From the NCBI GenBank assembly GCA_030265395.1, contig JARFYF010000119.1:18749811-18813810 (forward strand): a stretch of 64,000 nucleotides of DNA, read 5' to 3'. The notes under the pieces are model-generated. The model was not told where the DNA came from, searched no databases, and saw only the letters and a list, made by a program, of their open reading frames with translations. This document shows, piece by piece, positions 11,484 to 24,345 of this stretch. The stretch's first letter is position 1. Each line of letters starts with the position of its first letter. A program made the position numbers and the translations under genes. The DNA is from Rhina ancylostomus (taxonomy: Eukaryota).

Positions 11484-12399
11484 TATTTAAATTATTAAAC
11501 ATTTTAAAAAATCACCTAAAACACTGAAATAATTTAGAACATCACTGGATTTATAAATAACAAACAAAATCTTATTCTTAGCTTTTCTCCTCAGCTTTAA
11601 AAGCTCCTTTCAAGCAAATGGACATGGATTCTAACCAAGTGCTAGATGATGAGAAGATTTCCAGCTTAAATTTTGGAAAGTTACTGCAAGCTTGTGCTTC
11701 TCCTTGGAGTCCAATAATTGAGTATAGTGACTGATTTGCTCACACAATATTCAGAATTTCTGTGTTTAGGTATTCGTGCAGCAAAAGTTTGAACTTGCTG
11801 CTTTGTGTATAGGTAACAGCCAGCAATTTGCTGCAGTAGTGTTGATAGTACCAGGGCATTATGTTTCACTGACTTATGTTTAACAGAGAGGAAAGATGTG
11901 GACATATACCTAATGTGTGCATTGAATTTCAAAGGCTATTCATTAAAACACCAGACTTAGCAAAATTGAGTATACTTGTAGACATTAACAGAGCAGAGCC
12001 AACAACACAACAAGAGGGTGGTTGTGAAGACTTAGCATTAAGATATGAGGGAGGTGTACAATATTCCTCAGCTTTTTATCCACCACCCAATGCTTCTGTG
12101 CTCTTACCATAGTTATCCTGGCAAATTATGGAAAAGTGGGGAAGTCCCAAAATCCTGTTTAAAATTGCACCTATTGAACAACTAGCAGACTGAAATTAAC
12201 AACCCATGTCTCAGTTTTGATAACTTTTGTTACAATTTGCAATAACTTAGTGGACTTTGTTCAATTTGGAAGTTATTTGAACTTCTTTTTGTTGTGCTTT
12301 TCAATTCTAAGTGACGACACTATCATGATTGTTGCTTATTAAGTGAGTGTGAGAAGGGCCATAATGAAGAATGGCAGGAGCTTTAGGAGCAATAACAGA

Positions 12400-13345
12400 A
12401 TGTTCATTGCATATCTGCAGCTACTTAGGAGCAAAGGACCATCAGAGAAATCCACTTTGCTGGAACCACACTAAAATTATAGACAGAAGCTGTGTTTCCT
12501 TGGTATGTCTAAATATCAGTGTCTGAGAAGGCTAAGAAGACCTCATCGGATGGTGACATATGTGCAGAAATGCTGTCTGGATTTGGTGCCAAACTTAAAC
12601 AGCAACTATTAGAATAATTACCCTAATTCTCTCAACTTATTTTTTTAAACAATGCTTTTGCCAGCGGTGTATGCAAGGTCTACCAGTGAGTTGTCTTAAA
12701 TAGGTAACTGATGTCTTTTTTTCCAGATCAACCAGCCTAAACCATCTTTTCCACTAATGGGGCCAGTTTAAATGAGTGGACTTTCAGATTTACAACTCTG
12801 GCTGTTTTGCCGGGGATGCAAGGTGCCATTGACTCGATACATGTCCTAGATAATGTAGGAGTGTCCGTCAATTTGAAAAACTCCCACTCTATTAATGCAT
12901 GCCTGGACTGTAACCACTTTTTTCTAGCAAATGTGCACAAGATATCTGGGCTTTTACCACCATCTATTCAACTCGTGGCAGTTCATTTTACCTGATCTCT
13001 ACTCGCCTTTAAGGTTGTTGGAGCTGCGAGGTAACAGCTGTACTAGCTATTGCCACTGTTAACTGCCCATCTTTAATTATCCTTGAACTGAATGGCTTGC
13101 CAGGCTGCTTGAGAAAGCATTTAAGAGTCATTTATCCTTGTTTGAATGAGTGTAGCTGCATAAAAAGCTTCTTCAGAGACCTCTTCCATGAGGCATCTAA
13201 ATGATGAAGCTCAGAAGTGGTATAACTAAAGTTACTGTCAACAAGAAATCTGATTGAAGATGTTTTTCAGGGGCCTTGACAAATCTTCAATATGCACTTG
13301 ACTGGTTCTCCAGAATCATGGTGGCCTGCTGTGAGCTACGTATTT
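12400..13345 (+). mobile_element. Decayed PIF/Harbinger (HARBI1-like) transposase
   Basis: PGMQGAIDSIHV (cf. PGVIGAIDGTHI), VNLKNSHSINACLDC (cf. NRKGFHSINVQ), upstream QCLRRLR and downstream SRIMVACCEL (cf. IIVACCVLHN); many disablements. Confidence 0.75.
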
Positions 13346-13599
13346 CTTACTGAAATGCGAATACATCTAACCTGGTATATGTGAGGCAAGAGTGTGTAGG
13401 CATACCCTTAAACATGGTGATCCCCACTTAGTGTAAATCATTGTCATCCAGCAGTACATCTGAGGCCCCATGTAAAATGTTAAAACCACACAAGAAGCTC
13501 ATATGATTGGCAATCATCCATCACCTGAAATGTTCACTACCTCCACCAATGGTGCTCTTTGGCTGCAGTGTATTTATACCATCTCCAAAGTTGTTGGCA

Positions 13600-13890
13600 G
13601 TTCCTCATCTACCTACTGACAGCATCTGTAACAAATCTGTATCCTCTACTAACAAAGAGAACAAGTGCAGCAGGTTCAAGCAAATACACCATATGCAAGT
13701 TCTACACAGCCTGATTAGGAAATGTATCATTTTTCCTTCAATTGTCAGGATGTTCAACTCGGAATTCACTACACAACAATATGAGAATACCTTCACTAGA
13801 ATGATTTAAGTGAGAGTTCACCACCACCTTCTCAAGGGTGATGAAAGTATGTTTTGGGACCAATGTCCACATCTTGTAAATAAAATATAT
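13600..13890 (+). mobile_element. Ancient LINE (L2/CR1 type) 3' relic
   Basis: ccttca.ttgtc..ga...tcaa.tc.ggaattc.cta...caccaccttctcaaggg...ccacatc.tgtaaataaa; reverse-strand relatives near 57540-58200 and 61150-62300. Confidence 0.45.
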
Positions 13891-14749
13891 ATAGTGCACT
13901 TCGTAGAGGAGCAATGAGTCACAGCAGCTTATGAATTTTTGTGTTTGACAATGGTTGTGTAGACTCCAAAAGTTGCTCGTCATTTTCGTGGTACAGTGAC
14001 ACCAATTGCTGATGGCTTTCCCGTTATTAGAACCACGTAATGGGGTGCTTAATAACTGTTTGCACAACTCTGGTTTGGCCTCTGCAAGGAATAAAAAGTC
14101 TAAAAGAGCAAAATCAAATCTATTCATTAAACAATCAATTGAATTCACTACATGCTCATCATAACTACTCAAACAAATATTAGAAGAAGAACCTGTCGTT
14201 TGTTCATTTTGGAAGGATGAAAGATAGCCCTAGGCTTCAATTGCACCGACAACATTTTTAATTCCAGCAAGATTCAAAAGTCAGTAACCGAAACAAACTA
14301 TTGACATATCAGTGCCATAAGTTGATTCCATTCTGGAGCTGCATTTAAGCAATTAGTTGAGCTGGAAATGAATTGGTTAGTTTTTTGCATATTGGCCACA
14401 ACATAAGGTGAGAAAATCATTTTTGCATGTGAACAGCCCCTATCAGGAAAAGGAACTGTAATAAGAAGTCAACTAATACAGTGATAATTTAATGAAGTAG
14501 CAACAAATTTAATATGAAATAGTGATCAATTACAGAAGCATAATTGCTCTGAATAAATGCATCATTCTTCAAGGTGGACAAACTTTCCAAGCTTGATTAG
14601 GAGCTGCAATACCTAAACTGGATTCCCCCCACCCCTCAATTACTGATTGTACAATTGCTCTGCCATTTATATTCAGAATGCTGCTAACGCCCTTAATATT
14701 ATGGATTAATAATATTATTTAAGTTCATTTAATTTACTTTTGAAGTAAG

Positions 14750-15000
14750 GGCAGCACAGAATGTGAATGAGTAGCGGCACGGTAGCGTGACACTATTACA
14801 GCGCCAGCGATCGGGATTCGCTTCCTGTCGCTGCCTGCAAGGAGTTTATATGTTCTCCCGTGTCTGCGTGGGTTTCCTCCGGGTGTTCCGGATTCCTCCC
14901 ACATTTCAAAGACATATGGGTAGATTAACATGGGTTTAAAATGGGTGGCGTGGACATGTTGGGCCGAAAGGGCCTGTTACCACGCTGTAAATAAAATTTT
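14750..15000 (+). mobile_element. tRNA-derived V-SINE (HE1-like)
   Basis: A-box-like ggcacggtagcg, B-box-like ggattcgcttcc, V domain ttctcccgtgtctgcgtgggtttcctccggg, CR1-type tail gggccgaaagggcctgtt. Confidence 0.88.
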
Positions 15001-15669
15001 AATTTTTTTTAAAATCTACATTCTCCTGTTTTTTTAAAATTTTTGATAAAAAGTAGCAAAGGTAAATTTTTTGATGGCAGACAGATCCTTTTTGTAGACT
15101 TTTGGAGTAGTACCTATTGCTAGATATTACAGGAATTGTGGATAATTTGATATTCCTTAGTCTAGTATTTTCTGTTCAAAATGTACGTCAGTAACTGCAG
15201 GAAGATGAGAATCACCTAAATGAACATAAAATGAAATTATTTTATTTGCAAAGAATGCTTTTTTTTCTATACCTCCTAAATCACAAGAACTCAAAATCAA
15301 TCTTAGATTACAATTTTATTTTCACCAATCAGTAAGTACTGTCATTGTCTTTTGCAAACCCAAGCAGCATAATTTATATTTCTATATTATTTTAATGGCT
15401 AGTTGACCCTTTTCCTTTTGGTTGTGATAACAAAATTAAATTGTATTTTCCAATGAATTTCTGTTGTCTTGAAAAATTAGAATTAATATTTTATGTTACT
15501 TTGGTTGATTACTTCAAAAAAACTGAATATGAATAATTTGTAAGTTTTTATTAGTGCATTTGTTAAATTTGTGACATTGTTTAAAAGTTGACAACATTTT
15601 AAAAAAAGTTCCTTTAGTAAATACTTTGGAAAAGGAATCTTAAGTTTTGCTAATCTGCAACTGTTATAA

Positions 15670-17455
15670 GGGAACTTCAATGGGATAGAATTTGTTAGGT
15701 GTATCCAGCAGGTTTTCTTGAAGCAATATGTAGATAGTCCAAGGGGAAGGACTGTACTAGGCCTAGTCAGGTGATTGAAGTTTCAGTGGGGGAATATTTT
15801 GAGTACAGTGATCATAATTATGTTAAAACTTACAAAATTATGGATAAGACTGGTCTTTGGGTGAAAGTATTAAATTGTAAAAAGGCTAATTACCACAGTA
15901 TTAGGTAGGAACTGGCGAGAGAAGATTAGGAATGCCGTATGACATGGAGTCCTTTAAAGGCCAGCTGGTTAGAGTTCAGGATGAGCATCTTCCTGTGAAG
16001 ATAAAAGAGAAAGATGGCAAGGTTCAGAAACCTTGAATGACAAGAGATATTGTAAGTTCTGTCAAAAAGAAAAAGAAAGCATATCTAACCTTCAGAAAGC
16101 TGAAACAGGGCCTTTGAGAAATATAAAGGAAGCAGGAAAGAATTTAATGAATTACGAGGGCTGAAAGGAGCCATGAAATGTCCATGACAAGTAGCATTAA
16201 GGAGAATCACAAGACATTTGATACATATATTAAAAGTAAGAGGGTACCTAGGGTAAGGTTAGGTCCACTCAAGGACAAAGGAGGGAATCTATGCCTGGAG
16301 ACAGGAAGTGGGTGAGGTTCTAAATGAGTACTTTGTGCTGGTATTCAACAAGGCGATGGACATGTATGATGACAAGATTGAGAAGGGATATGTTTTTATT
16401 CTAGGGCATGTTAATATTAAGAAATTATTAGGCTTCTTGAAAAACATTAAGGTGGATAAGCCACTAATGGAATATCTCCTAGGATACTGAGGGAAGCAAG
16501 GGAGGAGATTTCTGGGGTCTTACTCAGATCTTTGTAGCCTCTTTAACTACAGCTGAGGCCCAGAAGACATTAGCCATGCTGTTCCTTTATTTTGGAAGGG
16601 CAACAGGGACAAACCAGGAAATTATAGGCTGCTGAGTCTTCCATCTGTGGTAGGGAAATTATTGGAGAAGGATATAGATCAGTTGGAAATTTGGGAGGAG
16701 AAATGGCAGATGTTGCATTTTGGGAAGTCAAATACAAGCAGAAAGTATACAGGAAATGGCAAGATTCTTAGCAGCATTGATGTAGAGAGGGATCTTGGAG
16801 TCCATGGCTTCCTGGAAGTGACAACACAAGTGGCTATGCTAGTAAAGAAGGCATATGGCATGCTTGCCTTCATCAGTCAGGCATTGACTATAAAAGATGC
16901 ATCTGTGTAAAACCTCGAGTTAGGCCATATTTGGATTATTGTGAGCTGTTCTGGTCACCACATAATAAGAATGTGCAGGCTTTGAAGATAGTGCAGAAGT
17001 TGTTCACTAGCATGTTGCCTGGATTGGAGTCTATTAGCTATAATGAGGGGTCTGATAAACTTGGATTGTTTTTTCTGGAGCATTGGAGGCTGAGGGGCAA
17101 CCTGATAGAAAAATGCAAAATTATGAGAGGCATCGAAAGGGTAAATGGAATCTTTTTACCAGGAAAATGTCAAATACTAGTGGGAATAGATTTATGGTGA
17201 GAGGGGGAGAGTTTAAAGGAGATTTGCGAGGCAAGTTTATTTTTTTTACAGAGAGTGGCACCGCTAGAGAGGTGGTAGAAGTAGATGTAACATCAACATT
17301 TAAGAGGCATTTATATAGACACAAGAACAGGCATGGAATAGAGGGATATAGACCTTGTGCAGGCAGATGGGTTTAGTTAGATTGGCATCGTGGTGGGCGT
17401 AGACCTGGTTGGCCAAAGAGCCTGTTCCTTTGTTGTATTGTTCTGTGTTCTATTT
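15670..17455 (+). mobile_element. CR1 LINE ORF2 fragment with internal deletion and 3' end
   Basis: MGEVLNEYF, NYRLLSL, VVGKLLEK|DIDQLEIW, KKAYGMLAFI, RLRGNLIE; tail ttgttctgtgttctat. Confidence 0.93.
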
Positions 17456-17548
17456 CTTTTACCCATTTCATTGTATGAAAGTAAGAAAACATTTAATTTT
17501 CTGCCTTTTATTAATTAAAGCATTAATGTTCAATTACCTTTCCACCAG

Positions 17549-17622
17549 ATTCTACAATATGTGTTGATTACCTTCCTCCACTTTTACATCAAAATGAAGT
17601 TTCATGGAATGAAGAGAACTGG
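17549..17622 (+). CDS. C8orf88: C8orf88 coding exon 2 ([D]STICVDYLPPLLHQNEVSWNEENW, 74 nt, phase 1 to 0)
   Basis: Acceptor ttacctttccaccag, donor TGG|gtatga, stop-free, phases fit both neighbours. Protein similarity is weak in this region. Confidence 0.7.
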
Positions 17623-18119
17623 GTATGATTAATTCCATGCCGATATAAACTCTCACCAGTTGTTTGATTTCTTAAGATTAAAAATCTAAAGGACTTAGAT
17701 GCTGTTTTTTTTAAAAACAGATTTAACATTGTCATCATCTTTCATTTATATAATGTAAATAATATAAGCAATATTCCCTTGAGCTTTACAAATACAAGTA
17801 AGGAACATTTACTATGAGCCGGAAATCTAAAGTTTAAAATTGGTGACTGAAAAGTTGTCCAAAGTTTATTTGATACCATTCCTAAACGTGAAGAGCAGAA
17901 AGTTTGAATATTTCCATCCGTGAAATTTGCCAATATATTTACCTCTTAAAATGGAAAACTTGAGATTGTAATCTGTACTTGTGTTTGGGGATTCTTTGTG
18001 ATCATATTAATCATTATTTTCAAATCTTTGATTATCTGCAATTTAATGTGTGTTATGTATTTCTTTTAGAAAATATTTTTTCTTGAACTGTTTATAAATG
18101 TCTCTGATCATCAAGGACA

Positions 18120-18400
18120 TTTGCAAAGGATGAAAAGGCCTTCTGGCAGCATGAACTGTCAAAAGCCATCAGACGGGTTTATTGATGGGGCCTCAGGGCT
18201 TGTTTGTGAGCCACTCTTCTTCATAGATAGGTCACATTGGCAGGGCTTCAGAGTTGTTTGGAGCCATGCAGCACAAAAAGATTAGTGTGATTGGAGGCCA
18301 CCAGTAGGAATGACCATGAGGCATGTCCAGCATGACCAATCATGCAGGTCCAGCATGATTTGATCTGTTTTGTTCAATATTTTATCATTTGATTTTTTTG
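18120..18400 (-). mobile_element. Possible RTE-clade LINE 3' relic
   Basis: Reverse strand has degenerate W.GH..M and LKP..W..L..EEEW pattern; heavily decayed. Confidence 0.3.
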
Positions 18401-19132
18401 GTGCTTCAACACATTAGATCTTTTATTTGTTGTTAATTATTGAGGAGTGGTCAACCCCTAACCTTTTGTGGTAGTATAGCCCCCTTCGCAGTATAACTCG
18501 CTTCGTAATATTTTACAGTCCAGAGAAAGATATTGGAATGTTGTTATGTTGATGCCAGCTCTCTAAGAATGCAATGTCTGCATCCTTTAAACAAGATAAT
18601 TGCTTATTCAAAAGGAAAATACTGTGGATTATAGGAACTTTGAAATAAAGAAGAAAAAGCTTGAAATACTAAGCAGAGATCTGTAAGGGCAAGGAAAATG
18701 GATGGCTACATTGCAGATGGAGCAATGTAATTGGCAGCCAGCAGTTGTTCATCATGTGACACTTTTTAATTCATCTATCAAGATTCCTGGTTGACATAAC
18801 TTCAGCAGTTTTTGGAACTTGCTAGGTTGGGTGAATGTGGTTGCATGTTGCATTCACACCAGGACAGATAACAATGACTTGCTATCAAGCTAGTCATAGC
18901 TTATTTAAGATGGGAATAGATGACATTGGCATCATATTACAATTAAGTCATAAAGGGTTTTTACACCAGGAGTACCTATTATCTTGCAATCTGTGGACAG
19001 AGATATACAGGATGAGAAAGCACTAGACTTCATTCATATAGAAGGCTTCCTCAATTGCAAGCTTCCAATCTCCAGGATGTCATCTTTATCAATTGTAAGG
19101 AGTTTGGAAACACAGACACATGCAATTCTGTG

Positions 19133-19283
19133 GAAACACAGGACTGCAGATGCTGGAATCTGGAGCAACAAATAACCTGCTAAAGGAATTCAGGAGGTTG
19201 AGCAGCATCTGTGAGAGGAAAGGAATTGTCAATGTTCAGGGTTGAAGCCTTGCATCAGGACTGTTGATGCCAGCTCTGAAATG
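19133..19283 (-). mobile_element. Hammerhead-headed Penelope-derived element with near-perfect 12-bp TSD
   Basis: tgcaattctgtg (19121-19132) vs tgcagttctgtg (19284-19295); minus head cagtcctgatgcaaggcttcaaccctgaacattgac. Confidence 0.7.
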
Positions 19284-20859
19284 TGCAGTTCTGTGCCTAG
19301 CTTTCTGGCAGTGATTTTGACTCTTATTTGGCACCTATCCTCATGCTCCCCTTGTGTAACTAAGATTTAGGTCTGACTAGTTGTCAGCAAGGATATATCC
19401 TTTAAATGTTCCTTGTAATTTTTGTTAAGAGTACATATGGTGCTGTACGATGGGTTAACAAGTACCACACTGTTGACAGTGTGTCATAAAACAATCAACA
19501 ATATCCATTAAGTTGGAACAAGACAGTTACAAAGGAGTTTTGCTATTCATCTGGATTTCTAGCTGTCTGCTAGATGCTCTGCAACATGACTATTTGGAGA
19601 GATGGCCTTTACTAAAAGTAAAGTAACCAGATTTACAGAAAGCATACTAAAAGGAGCATCTAGAGATGGAGGAGAAGCATCATCTTCTAACGGTAATGAC
19701 TGCTGGAATACTAGAATACTAGTTAATTAAAGAATGCTCCATCCAAACTCTACCCTCCACCCCCAATATACTAACTGCAATTCTGATCAGCATACTTGCT
19801 AACCTGTCCAAATGCACCTTTCACTAAAATTTATGGACTTTACTTTCAATTCACTACGTGTAAACAACACCAAATCCAGAGTTATCAAAAGGCTTGAATA
19901 CATCCCAATTTATCATTTCATGTAAATAATCAAAATTGCCCTCAGTGAGACCTTGTTTTATTGTTCATTTCTCCAGTAACTACTGCCGAGGAAATAGAAG
20001 ATTGCTAAGCTTTCTTCAGGGACTCTATAGATAAATCAGTGTGATTTCGTCCCTGCTTGGTAACCACACTGGAATCCAGTCCAACAGGCTTCAGAAATGA
20101 TTAAACATGTTAAGATGGTCTGTTTTGTAACCTTAAGCAGCACAATGTGCCAGTGCTATCGGGTTGAAGTGAGGGCATGGTAGAGTGGCTACCAGAGGAA
20201 CAGGCATGGTATTCCCCTGAGAGAGGCTGCAGTGTTACCTACATAGTCTAGACTATTATCTTGGCAGGACACCTCAACACATCTACAACACTGTAATGAG
20301 AACAGAATGTAGATTGCTATGTTCTTTCAGCAGTGTCTTCTAATTTTGGTCCCATAACTAAACTTCCTAGCTTTCCAGAGATGGCAGTATATGTTGCTAT
20401 GGAAGCTGTCAGAGTTATCAGTGAAGACATCATCTTCATATTAAAGGAATTAAATGCCCATGTTGGTCTCCATTCTCTGAATAAATTCCTGTCTCAATTT
20501 AGGCTTATCATTTTCCATCCTTTTCTTGACACCAACCTTGCACACAATACCACAATCTCGTGCACCTAATGTTTATTGGCAAAAGCCATATTTCGTGGAT
20601 TGAGCACCCAACATGAGCATCTGAGTATTCTTCAGTATGGCCTGTTTGTGATCTCAGTTTATATTAGTTGGTATTTTATTTATTGCTTCTTATTCTTATA
20701 CACTTTTAAAACTTTGAGTATCATTTCTTCCATAATTTTTAGTAGCTATGGCAATGGTTGTTCACTCTGTCTGTGGTAGCCTGCAGGTTTTCTTTTGAGG
20801 GACATAGTGTGCAGGCACCCTTGATCTTTTTAGTGGAATTTTTTGCTAAGGGTTTCATT

Positions 20860-21660
20860 GCTGTTTCTTGTAAGAAAGAGAGTTTCAAGAAAGGAGAGAA
20901 ACAGAAAGCAGAAAACATTAGATCTGTTAAGCTAGCATGTGTCATTGGGAAAATGCTGGAATCCATCATTAAGAAGGTAGTAGCAGGACATTTGGAAAAT
21001 TGTAAGACAACCATGCAAATAACATCATCTTAATGAAAGGGAAATCATGTTTAACAAATTTGCACANNNNNNNNNNNNNNNNNNNNNNNNNNNNNNNNNN
21101 NNNNNNNNNNNNNNNNNNNNNNNNNNNNNNNNNNNNNNNNNNNNNNNNNNNNNNNNNNNNNNNNNNNNNNNNNNNNNNNNNNNNNNNNNNNNNNNNNNNN
21201 NNNNNNNNNNNNNNNNNNNNNNNNNNNNNNNNNNNNNNNNNNNNNNNNNNNNNNNNNNNNNNNNNNNNNNNNNNNNNNNNNNNNNNNNNNNNNNNNNNNN
21301 NNNNNNNNNNNNNNNNNNNNNNNNNNNNNNNNNNNNNNNNNNNNNNNNNNNNNNNNNNNNNNNNNNNNNNNNNNNNNNNNNNNNNNNNNNNNNNNNNNNN
21401 NNCCTGCAAAGGAATATAGAAAGGTTAGCTGAGTGGGGAAAAAATTGACAGAGTGTGTAATGGAAAAAATGAGGTAATCCACTTTGGAAGAAAGAATGAA
21501 ACAACAAATTATTATTTAAACAGAGTGAAATTACAAGATGTTGCAGTCCAAAGGGATATAGGGTTCTCACACATGAAATACAAAATATAAGTACAGCAGG
21601 GAAAATGGAATGTTGGCCTTTATTGTAAGGGATATAGAGTATAAAAGTAGGGACATTTTC
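20860..21660 (+). mobile_element. CR1 LINE RT fragment spanning a gap
   Basis: FKKGEKQKAENIRSVKLACVIGKMLESIIK, MKGKSCLTNL, LQRNIERLAEW. Confidence 0.88.
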
Positions 21661-22289
21661 ATGCAAGACTTTCAGTTGACACTGACAGGTTCTCTTAAAG
21701 ATATATTTGTGTGAAAGTGGTTGGGAGGTTTAAAAAAAACTGTTCTGCAATGTGTTATAGCCCTCTTTGGGAGAGAAGCTGTGGACTATTGGCATGGAAG
21801 ATTCAATGGAACTCACTGATGTACTGGCTTAAATTTTAGGCCAGTTAAGAAAGTGAGTTTATGGACAAGGTATAGCTGTCAAGGTAGTTGTGAAAACAAT
21901 ATATTGTCTCCATAAGCATTTTTATTATTCTTTAACAATGCATCATTGTGATTTAAGAAGGCAATAAATTCTATCAATTGCCCAATGAAAAATGGAACAT
22001 GAGTGAAAATTAATTGCAAGTGATTTAACTTGAAGCTTGGAGTTCCAGCGCGAGAGTTTCTACAATTAACTATGAACCAAAATTCATTGATTGAAGCTAC
22101 ACAGACCTTTATCTCTTGCTCATAGCAAGCTGCCTTGTCTGTATTCATTGGATGGAAATTTGATAGAAATAATCATGATACAGGTGTGGGATCCAAGGTC
22201 AAATTTGAACCTGGGTCTTTGGTGCTGTGAGACGGTATCTCTGCTAGCTGCACCACAATGCAGCCCACTGAATTTTTTTTCTGAAACAA

Positions 22290-22845
22290 TTTTGAGACCC
22301 TGCAGCTTTATACAACTTTGGTTAGGCCACAGCTGGAATGCTTGTGTGCTGTTCTTATGGCCACTCTATTAGAAAGAATGTGATTGCATTGAAGAAGCAG
22401 CAAAGGAGATGTACCAATATATCATCTGGGATGGAAAGCCTCAGCTATAAGGATGGACTGAACAGGCTGGGTTTATTTCCTTGGAGAAGAGGAAGCTGAG
22501 AGGTGACCTGAAAGAAATATACAGTATTATAAGGGGCATAAATACGGTAGACAGTGAGAAAACGTTCCCCTATAACTAAGATGTCAAAAGCCAGAGAGCA
22601 CAGGTTTAAGGAATATTGGAGGGAATCTAAGGAATTTGTTTTCACCGAGAGGATGGTTGCAATCTGGAATGCACTGCCTGGGAAAATCATGGAGGCAGAT
22701 GCTCTCACAACATTTAAAAAGTATCTGAATGAGCACTTGTATCATGAAAACCAAGCACCAGTAAATGGGATTGGAATAGATGGGTACTTGATGGTTGGCA
22801 TGGTGGGCTGAAGGGTCTGTTTCGGTGCTGTATGACCATATGACT
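22290..22845 (+). mobile_element. CR1 LINE 3' fragment
   Basis: LVRPQLE, RKLRGDL, FTERMVAIWNALPGKIMEADALTTFKKYL; tail gggctgaagggtctgtttcggtgctgtatgac. Confidence 0.88.
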
Positions 22846-23759
22846 CTTTGATCTCATTTTCTCCTTGTTTTAATCTCCATCTCACGTTGAAATTGGATTC
22901 GCTTTTGTGATATCAAAGTACAGTATTGATCAGCTTTTAATTTGGATCAGTCTGAGATATTGCTCTTTTTGTGGTTGTAATAAAGTTGATTTGATAGGGT
23001 GTTGAAATGAACGTGAAATAAGCATTTTGGGGCCAATATCAAACAAATGGTATTAACCATTTGCATTTAGCTACAGACTTTCTTTGGGCTTTTACATTGT
23101 GACTAGCAGTTATAGAAGAACTAAAACAAATTGATGGTCTCTCCAGGGCATGCGGAACCTGAATGAACAGAACAAGCAATGGTGTGTCACCTTAACCAAT
23201 CTAATTAAAGAGTTCTTTAAAGAGTGGAGGCATAGAAATCAGAACATACAGTGTTATGCTTTGTAGTGCTATGTGACTGAATTTAATATTTTTAGGTGAA
23301 TGTAATTGAAACACCATAATTCTGTGCAAAATTGTTCAGTTATCAAAATTCAACCCTGGACCAACAGGCAAGGTACATTATATGTAGGACATGCACAGAA
23401 TAATGAAGTCTGCTTTGTAACAGATATTTGGAGTATTTGCTGCTGAATTTATTTCCATAAAAACATTGTTGGTCAATCACATTTTCATAATGTACTGCAG
23501 CTGTCTATTTTAATAGCTCGGCCATCTGTGATTTGCTGTGCTGCAGTTTGGAGAGTGCTTGGGGAACTAGAAGGTGACTTAAACCAGCTGCAGTGGCTTT
23601 TGATGAAGTACACTGCCATTTTTTTTGTAGCTATTATCTCTTCAATGTAATTTTCATAGCATTTATCTGGGTATGCATGCTTATGACAATAAACTAGAAC
23701 TTGCATGATGCCAGTGGAGAGGCATCAGCAGTAGGGCTGTCATGCCCAGGGATGAGATG

Positions 23760-24345
23760 CCCAGGGACATAAAAGCAAGGATGTACTGCTGACGCTTTAT
23801 ATTGGTTAGGCTGCATTTGGAATATTGAGCAATTTTGGGCCCCATACCCAAGGAAGGATGTGCTGGTTCCAGGGAGGGTCACAAGAATGATCCCAGGAAT
23901 GAAAGGCTTAACACATGAGGAGCTTTTGATGCATCTGGGCCTGTACTTGATCAAGTTCAGAAGGATAACGGGGGATCTCATTGAAACCGACTGGATACTA
24001 AAAGACCCGCATAGAATGGATATAGGATGTTTTCATTAGTGGGAGAGTCTAGGATCTGAGGGTATAGCCTCAGAATAAAGGGACATCCCTTTAAAATTGA
24101 GATGAGGAGGAATTTCTTCAGCCAGAGGATGGTGAATCTGTGGAATTTGTTGCCAGAGAGGGCAGTTGTGGAGGCCAAGTCAAGGCAATTAAGGCAGAGA
24201 TGGATAGGTTCTTGATTGGTAAGGGGGTTAAGGGTTATTGGGAGAAGGTAGGAGAATGAGGTTTAAAACAAAATCAGCCATGACTGAATGGCAGTGCAGA
24301 CTCGATGGGCTGAATGGACTAACTCTGCTCCTATATCTTATGGTC
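23760..24345 (+). mobile_element. CR1 LINE 3' fragment
   Basis: RNFFSQRMVNLWNLLP; 3' UTR cagccatgactgaatggc...gggctgaatgg.ctaa.tctgctcctatatcttatggtct. Confidence 0.88.

Noticed and set aside
14750-14850. tRNA-like A/B boxes (also 30595, 63300-63386)
   Set aside because: Heads of SINEs continuing into a V domain and LINE tail; no cloverleaf, so not tRNA genes.
19430-20320. Possible Gypsy integrase relic on the minus strand (also 24400-25330)
   Set aside because: Only isolated 2-5 residue hints; no continuous alignment or LTRs.
20969-21666. Long ORFs spanning N runs (also 31526-32217, 35413-36187, 58508-59188)
   Set aside because: Artefacts of translating assembly gaps.
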